The notes below the pieces were generated by a model. That model had not been told where the DNA came from, did not search any database, and saw only the letters and a list, made by a program, of their open reading frames with translations. This document shows, piece after piece, positions 9,124 to 18,700 of a stretch of 64,000 nucleotides of DNA. The stretch spans positions 287,087 through 351,086 of the forward strand of contig CDRNVI010000045.1 in assembly GCA_977017575.1 (NCBI GenBank), read 5' to 3'. Each line of letters opens with the position of its first letter. The first letter of the stretch is position 1. A program made the position numbers and the translations under genes. Source of the DNA: Paramoeba atlantica. Lineage: Eukaryota > Protista > Discosea.

Positions 9124-10263
9124 GATGACACTACCCGGTGCCAGTAAAACGAGGCACTAAATAATTGGGTAGGGGGGACCTTCGATGAAGCTTCATCGAA
9201 AGTGTACAACTTTCGATGAAGCACATTGAAAGTTGTACACTTTCGATGAATCTTCATCGAAGGTGTTTTTGACTTTTTTTTTATTTTTTCAAATCTTCAC
9301 GCAAACGTTTTTCGCGGATCCATATAGACATTTTGACTTTTTTGGTGCTTCATCGAAGTGTTTTGTGAAGGCTCGTAGAGGAATTTCACCGTTTCTTCAG
9401 TTTATCTTCATCGAAGCGTTTTTGACTGATCCATATAAATATTTTGAGCGACAATCCTGCGGAAGGGGTAAACACAGGATTTTCGTTGAGTACTCAACGA
9501 AGTGCCGGATTTTCGTTGAGTGCTCAACGAACGGAAATTTACGGTGGAAATCAAGGACTTTTGCATAAGTCAAGGACTTTTGTGGAACATCCAAGAATTT
9601 TTTTTGATTTTCATTTTCCGTGCGTTCAGTATCCTACACTTCTCTATATACGTTGACAACGCCTGCGTAGCGAAAACTACGAAATTCAGTGAGCTTCGCA
9701 AATTGCTTCCCACTAACGACGCACAGGGGAACCCTACGCGGGGTACGGCTCAGGCCCGCTCACGCGGGCCCTCGCCGTTTCGCGGCCGCGCGCACCCCCG
9801 CTCACGCGGGGGCCCCCGCGCGGCCAAAATGGGTACTAAAATTTGTTATCAAGGTAGTTGGGCTTCGCCAATTGCTTCCCACGAATGGGTACTAAAATTT
9901 GTTATCAAGGTAGTTGGTCAAGATTATCAAGATTATCAAGTAGTTATCAGTTGGGCCTTTGTTCCTCCTCCCTCTAAGGTCCTGCAGATTTTTTACGGTC
10001 ACAGGGTACGTTCGTTGAGAAATCAACGAACGTACCCCTAAGCCAAAATGTGAAAGAAAACGGAAAGTCAGAATTCAGACAAAAAAACAAAAAATTATTG
10101 AATTTAAAATGAAATTATATGTTTCATGCAACGTGTTTTCAACAGCCAATGGAAAAATTCGTTCAAAAACAAAAAGTTAAAAAAGTCAAAAAAAGTCAAA
10201 AACAACTTCGATGAAGATTCATCGAAGGTCCCCCCTAGCCAAATAATTAGGGTGGATGTCATT
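9124..10263 (+). ncRNA. Unassigned structured motif, copy C, split by the TIR element (9124-9166 + 10249-10263)
   Basis: Removing 9167-10248 gives GATGACACTACCC-G-GTGCC-AGTAAAACGA-GGCAC-TAAATAATTA-GGGTGGATGTCATT. Confidence 0.7.
9167..10240. mobile_element. Non-autonomous DNA transposon (1074 bp), 34-bp TIRs, 8-bp TSD AAATAATT
   Basis: TIR GG(G/C)TAGGGGGGACCTTCGATGAA(G/T)CTTCATCGAA; TSD at 9159-9166 and 10241-10248; the empty site restores motif C. Confidence 0.9.
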
Positions 10264-10282
10264 CTGGCAACCTAGAATGGGT

Positions 10283-10339
10283 GGCACCGCCCGGTACCGA
10301 ATATAACAAGGTACTAAGAAACTAGGGTGGGTGCCATTC
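10283..10339 (+). ncRNA. Unassigned structured motif, copy D
   Basis: GGCACC-GCCC-G-GTACC-GAATATAACAA-GGTAC-TAAGAAACTA-GGGT-G-GGTGCC. Confidence 0.7.
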
Positions 10340-10432
10340 GGGCTAATCTTTGGAATGTGTTTGTGTTTTTTTTATCCACCCTCAAAAGATAGAGTGGTTT
10401 TTTTGGTCAAGGGGCGCCTTATTTGCATTACC

Positions 10433-10605
10433 TAAGGCGCAGGGGTATAGCGCACCCCACCTCCCTAGCTGTAACCTAATTCCTCTCCAAGCGGAGGTCA
10501 GCCGTAGCTTTCTATGGCTGGCTCTCCGGATACGTCGCAAGACGTATTCGGACTGCCCGTTTGGGGAGTTGAGGGGCCATAACTTTTCGGAGTCAAAAGG
10601 CCCAA
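10433..10605 (+). ncRNA. Multi-hairpin non-coding island upstream of ORF 10621
   Basis: Stems GCGCCTTA/TAAGGCGC, GGGGT/ACCCC, CAGCCGTAG/CTATGGCTG, and CCGGATACGTC-GCAA-GACGTATTCGG (GNRA loop). Confidence 0.45.
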
Positions 10606-10620
10606 TACATCATCATCATC

Positions 10621-12157
10621 ATGGGCATGTTCACCCGCAGTAGGGCGAAGGACACTGGAGTAGCTCCAGAGGTCCTACCGCTGCCACCTTCCCGGCGAAA
10701 GAAGAAAGTACCCGAGGAGCGACCTCCGCCGCCACCGCTTCCGCCACCGCCGCCGCCACCACCACCACCAACACTCCAGCCGCCGCTCGCGCATTCGCCG
10801 CCCTCGCCCGCTCCACCGCCATCTCCTCCACATACGCCTCATCGGTCGCCACCTCCAGCGTTGCCGCTGCCGATGTCTCCGCCAAAGAAGCAAACACCAG
10901 AGGAACCGCAGCCGGTGCCGCCCTCGCCGCCAGCCCAAACGCCGCGGCGCTCTCATAAGCCGTCTCCGGTGCCAAGTCATCCGCAGTCGCCGCCACAGCA
11001 GTTGGAGTCAGCACCACCTTCGCCGTTACCATCACACGCGTCGCTGCGACCTTCTCTGCCGAATCATCCGCAGTCGGTACGTTCGCCGCTACCATCGAAC
11101 ACGTCAGCGCGGTTGTTTGTGACCCCAATTCATTCGCAATCGCCGTTACCACAGGCACGGTCGGCACCATTGCCTCTGACATCGCACGTGCGATCGTCTC
11201 CGATGCCACATCATCCGCAATCGCCGCCACCTTCGCCACCGCAGCCACCTTCGCCACCGCTGCCGCAGTCGCAGTCGGTACCGTCTTCACCTCCACCATC
11301 TCACGCACCGTTGCAAATCAAATCTCCGACGCACAGTCATCCGGGATCTCCTCCACCGCCACCTTTATCTCCACCACCGGTGCCAACGCCGAAGCAGTCG
11401 GTCAAGAATCCGCCAAAGAAACCGTCCTTCTACGACACACTCGCCGCACATTTCCCGTCCCGCTTCCCCACGAGGGCCAGGCGTAATTGTTTCCAAGTCT
11501 CATCACCGACCCCGACACCCCCGCCAAAACAACATACACCGCCCATAGCACTAGTTCCAGAGCCTCCTTCGGCGCCATCTCAGCCATCTCCGGTCATAAC
11601 GCCCTCTCCGCCTTCTTTTCCGCCATCATCTCCGCATAAATATCGTCCGAGCATGCACACAGCATCCCGGAGAGCGATGGTACGAGCACTGAATGGTGTG
11701 AGTGTTGAATCAAAATCTACAGATCTTGAAAGCAAAGGAAGCTCTTCGACACCGTCCCCATTGCCGCCTCCCTTACCAACGCCGAACACGCCACCACCTA
11801 TTATGCACTGTGAGGAGTCGCCCATTGCAAAAGGAGTAACGTACAACTTATACAGAACTCCAATCTTCGACACTGATTTCGAGAATCCTGAAGAACACAC
11901 AGTCATTGCTCATAATCCTGCACACGATCAAAGATGCCAAAACACATCAACCCCCTTATTCCCACAAAATACAAATGATCAAGCACCCATTTGTGTTGAT
12001 GATGAGTTTTTCGATTGCCCATCTCCACCAAAAGATACGACGATCTACGAACAAGCAACGAGTATTGTCGTTTCTCCCCGCGAAAATCAGACATCGAATG
12101 CACCTCCACACGAGAATAATCGGACGGGAACCCACCAGCCAAGTGTATCTGAAGAAA
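10621..12157 (+). pseudogene. 5' proline-rich part of family-2 CRE-like ORF, truncated before RT
   Basis: Starts MGMFTRSRAKDTGVAP...RRKKK like 15815; cut at about 12158 by the next element's 5' end. Confidence 0.75.
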
Positions 12158-13745
12158 ATAAAACTCTTGGAAATGTAATTGGGCCTTTGTACTAGTGTCA
12201 GGAATTAAGGAAAACATGAAGGACTTATTCGTGAACTACGGCATGATATTATTTGCAAAATTAGACAGACTTTTCTTATTTGTATTTCGCACGAATAAAA
12301 GTGGAAATGGTGCAAACACGTTCGAAAGCACATGATTCTCAAGAGGACTATGCCACGGATAGCGACACTGAACAAACGTGCGGCACATATTACCCAAAAC
12401 CGAATTCGACACAAATCACTTCGAGCCACTCACTTCCAGATGTTTTCCTCACCGAACAGGTCAATACAGTCGTGGAAAAGCTAACGCGTGCACTTGAAAA
12501 AGTCACTTCGAAGGTTGATGCGATGGAGGAGCGTGAATGGAAAAGGCGAAAAGAGACAAACATTACGGATCCATCTGCACCGCGACACGGACAAGCACCT
12601 GGGAAAACCTTATGTCCTCTTCCAACCTCCTTGAAAAAGAGATGCAGTGTGCCAGAAGAGCTCAACAAGCAATACGCCGCACAAAGGGTTATGCTCCCAG
12701 AGGAAGTAGAGAGTCAAGTCAATGAGGTTATGGCGACCATGCAACAGAATGACATAGAAGTCGAAATAACCTGGTTCCCCGTTGGAGGTAGGAAAGAGAC
12801 AGCGACAACATGGCGAGGTACGGTAGAGGACAATGGAGACGAGGAAAATCCTATCATTGTTTCCTACCCATGGGGTAACTATCCTCTGCCTAATAGCAAC
12901 GTGTGTTATACGCGCATCGTGATATCAGCAAGTGAGCCAAAGATGCCAGGCAAATTGCCCGAATCGGACAATGAAACTGCACCATCAGAAGAGACGAACG
13001 ACAGTTTCAACCTCCGGGACGTTACAACATGGAACACATACATTACCCAGGGGCCACTAGGGATTGAAATCCACGGCGAGGGCTCACAGCTGCATCAAGT
13101 AAAGTTAAAATGATATAAAAATAGATATACTCATCAAGAAATAAGACTCTGAAAATAGTTCGCATTACTCAGCCCTGAAATATGAGTTCACCTAAATATT
13201 TCCAAAATGAATGAAAAAAGGCCTTGCGCGCTATAACGTAAATATTAAGTACTAGTAGTACGAAGTGAAGGGGCTCAGCCCCCCACACCCCGCAGCCTCC
13301 GAACCCACACCCTGCAGCCGAGGCTGGGGGTTGGTGGGTGGGCCTCGAAACTCGTGTACAGCTACAAAAAGGAAATAAAGTCTACTAAATATGTTGATGT
13401 TTGAAAGTCATAAACTGAAGAATATGAGAAAGAAGAAACTAATAATACATGTGCCCCGAAGGGCCATATCATAAGTTCATATATTTATGTGCCCCGAAGG
13501 GCCAGGTTATTAAACGTAAATAGCCCTCGCCTAAATTTCATCTCGTAAACTATTAGAAATATTGAAACAGCGGTTACGAACGGCGCTGGATCTCCCTTCT
13601 CGAATGTCACCACAGCTACAAGCCCTTTGGGATATCTTGTGTGCTTGGATAGACGATAGCGCAGAAAGAGGGGGCGTGAACAGCGACGCCGTCAATCACA
13701 AAAACGTCGGCCAAAGCACAGTTGACCAGATACGCATTCTGCAAG
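12158..13745 (+). mobile_element. Unspliced copy of the MVQTRSK element (acceptor AG 12263-12264), interrupted at 13071-13555 and truncated at about 13745
   Basis: Near-identical to the reverse complement of 470-1986; ORF pieces 12307-13070 and 13561-13745. Confidence 0.8.
13071..13555. mobile_element. 485-bp insertion flanked by GAAAT repeats; probable solo terminal-repeat unit of a YR retrotransposon
   Basis: GAAAT at 13066-13070 and 13556-13560, single in the uninterrupted copy. Contains GGGGGTTGGTGGG and two ATGTGCCCCGAAGGGCC motifs also found at 23892-24130. Confidence 0.65.
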
Positions 13746-14039
13746 GCAACCTTCGAAACAGGCATTCGTGTTTTGACATTTTCTCGAGGAGCTTCTCTTC
13801 TACTATTTTATCTCTGCCGATGTATCCCCCTAGGGGTCCTTGGTTTCCTAAGAAACCTTTCTTTTTATGTAATTCAATCAATTCTCCTAGAACAAAAACA
13901 AAGGTCTTAACAAAAACAAAGGTCTTAACAAAAGCCCGTGGAGCGCATATATTATATACGCGCCGATTACTATCAAATGTTCACATTCTAATAAACTAAT
14001 ATCCCTTTCTTTTCTTAAGAAGTATTTGAGATGACAAGC

Positions 14040-14460
14040 TTAAAAACTTGTCTCAGTGTATTGGTCGTGAGCTAGAAACTGGCGGAGTTGAGCGTGGAGG
14101 ATACTTCCTGCCTGTTCCTGGTGGAGTAACGTAAATGTTTCCATTACGCTGTGTCTCTCTAGCCCGCAACGGTCCGCAATAGCCCACAGGAGATTTCGAG
14201 TGGCGTTGTGCATGGAACCGCAGGACAGAACAGGGATACATTCAAAGCATTCCTTGTTTATCATGCCACTGTCAACATAGCGTACACGCTTGCGCTTTAT
14301 CGCTTCGTTCATGAGGAATGTCGTATTGTGTTTGATATTCGAGGGAGCCAGTTCGTGAACTACTGTGAGGTCGTAGTATTTCTCTCCTGAAGCCCATTGA
14401 ATTGCGAGGTCGGGGCCCGTGCGACGCAGAGTACTTCCAACACCTTGTTGAACCTTGTTG
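14040..14460 (-). pseudogene. 3' RLE fragment of CRE-like element
   Basis: RRTGPDLAIQWASGEKYYDLTVVHELAP...CIPVLSCGSMH. Confidence 0.85.
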
Positions 14461-14542
14461 TTTTTTTTTCTTTCTGAGTTTCCCCCATGCACCCCTTCAC
14501 CCCTCCCGGCGTACCTTGTCGTTCTTTTACTTAGTCTCTGCC

Positions 14543-15750
14543 ATGACGAAGCGAGGGATCAGGTCCCAGCCAGGATCGAAAAAGAGGCGCAAAGGAAAGC
14601 TGTTAGCGAAGAAGGGGGCGCGCAGAGGTGACACGGAAATGGCGAATGACACAGGAATAGAGGAAAACAAAATGCCAAATTTCGTGGAAAAAAAGCTCGA
14701 GGTGAGATGCGAAAACAAGTTACCCAAAAATAAACCGAGATTCCGATTAACGAAGCATAGAACCAGATCAATCCCTAGACGAAAACCATATTATCCAGGC
14801 ATTGTTACGATTGGTACGCACAACGTTCGGACCTGGAAAGGGTCACCAAACGATGCAACGGAAAGATGGAAAATCGAAGCTTCGGAAACCGCCACAATTG
14901 GAGACGAGGCCGGCGTAGACATTCTAGCCATACAGGAGTGTCGCATACCAGGCGTTGGTAGAAAGGAAATTGTGGGGTTTTCGAACTGTAGATGGACGCT
15001 CCTATACAGCGGCCAAAGAGAATCATGCACGTACAAAAATGGGACGGGTATTATGCTCAATAAGAGAGCAGCTCGAGCCTTGCTAAGTTTTCAAGGAATA
15101 TCGGACCGCATAATTATGGCGAGTTTCAAGGCCCGTAACTCAAGGAATTTGTGCGTTATCAGCGCTTACGCCCCAACGGAAAAAGGCACAAAGGAGGATA
15201 AGGACAAATTTTACGCGGATCTAGAAATGGCGATACGAAACAAGCCGACCCAGGAAACATTACATATTGCAGGTGACTTTAACGCTTCAATCAAAGCCGA
15301 CGCAAACTGGCACCCCACCGTAGGCCCTAATGCCGTAGCAGAGAAAACCAACGACAACGGCTATAGACTTGTGAATTTTTGCGCGTCCCACAAACTGATG
15401 ATCGCGAATACACTACGCCCACATTCAGGTGACAATGAGGGAAACATGCCATACACTTGGACTTGGTATGGTCCAAAGGAAGGGGACCGCAAGCAAATCG
15501 ACTACGTCCTGGTCCCTTTGAGCTCCATGGTTCGAAGATGTGATGTAGTACAAGACGTTGAATACAGGAGCGACCACCGCATGGTTCGTACGACTTTATT
15601 TTACCCCCTGCTGGCACAAAAAAGAACGAGAACTCCTTCCGTCAGAATCTCAGATCTACGAAATGAAGCTTGCAGAAAAGTGTACGAACAACACCTTAAC
15701 GCACACCTAAAACAGGTTAAACTGGATCCGTCCCCCGACACTACCTGGCT
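14543..15750 (+). CDS. Apurinic-like endonuclease (APE/EEP) domain of the RTE-like LINE
   Basis: GTHNVRT, DILAIQECR, GTGIML, SAYAPTE, IAGDFNA, TW...QIDYVL, SDHRMV. Confidence 0.92.
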
Positions 15751-15784
15751 TTAACGATAAAGATACAGTTTCTGTACCTTGTTG
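15749..15784 (+). other. Spliced-leader copy (36 nt)
   Basis: CTTTAACGATAAAGATACAGTTTCTGTACCTTGTTG; its first CT overlaps the TSD. Confidence 0.85.
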
Positions 15785-18700
15785 AACTACACTCTAAAAC
15801 TACACTCTTACTTAATGGGAATGTTCACGCGGAGCAGAGCCAAAGAGACGGGAGTAGCTCCTGTCGTTGAGCCCTTGCCGGCGAATCGTAGAAAGAAGAA
15901 ATCCATTGGACAACCGGCGCCACCGCTAGCGCCACCGCCTGCGCCATCACCTGCGCCACCGCCCACGACACCTCCCCCGTCACCGCCGGCACAACCATCT
16001 TTCACTGCTCCGCCGTGCGCTACGTCATCCCCTCTTCCCGCTGCGATGGATACTGCATCGTTTCCTCCGCGCATTGCGACGTCTCCCAATGCACCTCCAC
16101 CGCCTCTTCCGTTGCCACTTTCACCGCCATCTTCGCCGATACACAGCCAGGCGTCATCTCCACAGTCTCTCGAAACTCCCTCAATGACACGCCCAAGCAT
16201 GCACACGTCGGCTAGGCGAGCCCAAACGAGAGCGCTCAATTACCGACGTAGCAGCAACTTAACTGTTGGGGTTACATCGGCAGAGTCTGGGGTTACGTCG
16301 ACGACGGATACCACAGCGCTTAGCGTACCGACGGTACCCAGAACAAGGAAAATCCGATTTGCTACCTCGACGAACGGAAAAACTACGAAAGAAGCCGTAA
16401 CTACGACAGCAAACGAATCAACAAACGAATCAGAGTGGGGGAATCGTTTGAAGCAAACTTGCGCAGTAGCGGCTTCTGCTCTCGTAACGGCGACCAACGC
16501 CATGTCCGGAGCGATGTTTAACTATGAAAAATCCCATTACCAGAAGAACGCCACGTATATACCGATACCTTCCAAGGGAGTGTCATTCAACGGCGAAGGA
16601 TATGTACACGACGTGCGGGCATTCGACATATTTGCAGACAATCCGTTGCAAGATGACGCGTTCCCATCAGTTAGCAGCGGGACCACACAGCCGCTCGCAC
16701 CAAGCCCGCAGACTACACCCGGAAATTCTCGTGGGGAGGTTACAGCGGGAACTTTTAGCAATGCAACCTTGCTCTCAGACACCCCGAACGGTGGAAACGT
16801 GAGGAATTTGGAAGCATGTACCGTGGAAAGGAACGACGCTAGAATCGTGCCGGGATCTCTTCCATCCCCGGTTCCCATCGCATCCGACTTCCTGGACTGC
16901 GAATCGCCAATACATATACTTTCCGACTCTGGAGACAACGCAAATACCAACCTTGTCGAAGATCCAGTACATCAGTTTTTCAGTGAAACGCCAGACTTTC
17001 CAAGAGTCGCGTCACAATTCCGTCATATCGACCCCAAGGTTCATTTTCCTGTCCCTCCAGACGAGCTGTACGACGCAACCCTTCACGCAAAAGTGGGAGA
17101 CCGATGCATTTTGGCTTGGAGCTTTGATTGTTCGCCAAGCCTCAACATATCACAAGGAATCGTTAAAGCGTCGCAGAAAAGAAAGCACTTGAACAAATGG
17201 ACCATGGAGTATGTGGGGATTGTGGGACACAAGATCGGAACAACCTTCACTGGTCATATTCCCCCGCAAGCAAACGTTCGCGTCTTTAAGATCGTGTGGG
17301 AAAATAACACACATCAGGAAAGTGATCCTGGAAGTATAAAAAGCTGCCGGTCTGAAGAAAGAATTAACCGCGCGCTTCGCGTTAATTATCAACACACAGA
17401 AAACGACCTAGATCTTGAGCCCATGCCTACTCTGCGATCAGTTGCACCGGAATTCATTCCTTGCGTAGTTGCAATTTACCGAGACATCGTTCGAGATTAC
17501 GCAGAATCCCCATACCCACAAAGGAACCGCATATGGCATCGAACGTTATCAGCCATGAAATATTCTCTTGCCACAATTCGGAAGGCAACGGCGAAACGAC
17601 GTCGACGTCGCCCGCGCGATTTTTCGTCATTGCAAGACGGCGAATCTCAAAACGGACACACCTCCACCGCCAACGGACCACGTCTTATAGATGACAAACG
17701 GGCCATCAAGAAAGCAACTAGTCTGGCATTAGACGGGTGTGTTTCCAAAGCGTCCCGAGTTATTAACCAGGAAATTACACCACGAACACTCAGCGACTCG
17801 GAAACCATTGAAAAACTTCGTGCTTTGCATCCAGATCTCCCCACCACATTTCGCCTCCCGCAAGATGCTCCGATGACAGCGTGTATTACGCCTGTCGAGC
17901 TTCGGGAGGCCGGAAGACGCATGGCCAAAGGGGCGGCGCCAGGACCAACAGGCACAACGGATTCAATTTTGCGCATCCTGTTAGACGACGAGGTGTGCTC
18001 GTTAAGTTTGTGTCACATGATTACCGACCTGATTAATGGATCACTGTCTGAAGAAGTAATGAAACGCGTGAAGAGAGCGCGACTTGTAGCGATTCCCAAA
18101 CCTGGAAACGGAATTCGTCCAATCGCTGTGGGGGAGGTCTGGTTGAAGCTTGCCGAAATCGTCCTTCTGCAGCGGCACGAGAAACAGCTTGTCCCGCTCT
18201 TTGCGCCTTATCAGTTTGGTGTTATGATAAAGTCTGGCTGCGAGCATGTCGTGCATAAGCTTAACGAGAAATACACAGAGGGATGCGCCATTCTGGCTAT
18301 TGATCTCAGAAACGCCTTCAATTCACCAGCCAGGGATGAAATTGCAAGAGCCGTGTTCGGATTCCACGGTCTCCGCCCCTTTCAGCGTCTCTTTAATGCC
18401 GAATACTCCAGTCCATCAGAACTTCTTTATTACGGGAGCAACGGCAATCTTGGAGCCACCTTGAAAAGTTCAGCCGGGGTGAGGCAGGGGTCGCCGTTGT
18501 CCACGATTATGTTCTGCGCGTTTATGCAACCAATTTTAGAGATCGTTGCTTCAGAATTCCCGGCACTTCGCATATACGCCTACATCGACGACATCAGCTT
18601 CGCATCAAAGGACTCAGAACTAATTGCCAACGCTTACAACCGTCTTCGAGTTTTATTGACTGCTAAGCTAGTGGAATTATCCCCAACAAAATGCGTCTGG

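Noticed and set aside
9170-10237. TA TSD (mariner-type) reading of the TIR element
   Set aside because: The TIR extends 5 bp further, and only the 8-bp TSD reading restores motif C.
9063-10339. Motif array as a CRISPR array, or as a known ribozyme or riboswitch (HDV, twister, pistol, hammerhead, preQ1-I)
   Set aside because: Repeats are not identical, spacing is irregular and there are no cas genes. HDV P2/P3 partners, the twister and pistol pseudoknots, the hammerhead CUGANGA/GAAA core and the preQ1 loop-tail pairing could not be found by eye.
10621-10640. N-myristoylation signal in MG-starting ORFs
   Set aside because: Position 6 is R rather than S/T, so it does not fit the consensus.
14482-14507. 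C-rich motif CCCCCATG(C)ACCCCTTCACCCCTCCC shared with 2046-2070 and loosely with 25875-25922
   Set aside because: Low complexity and no consistent context; it may be a G-quadruplex-prone patch, but no function can be supported.
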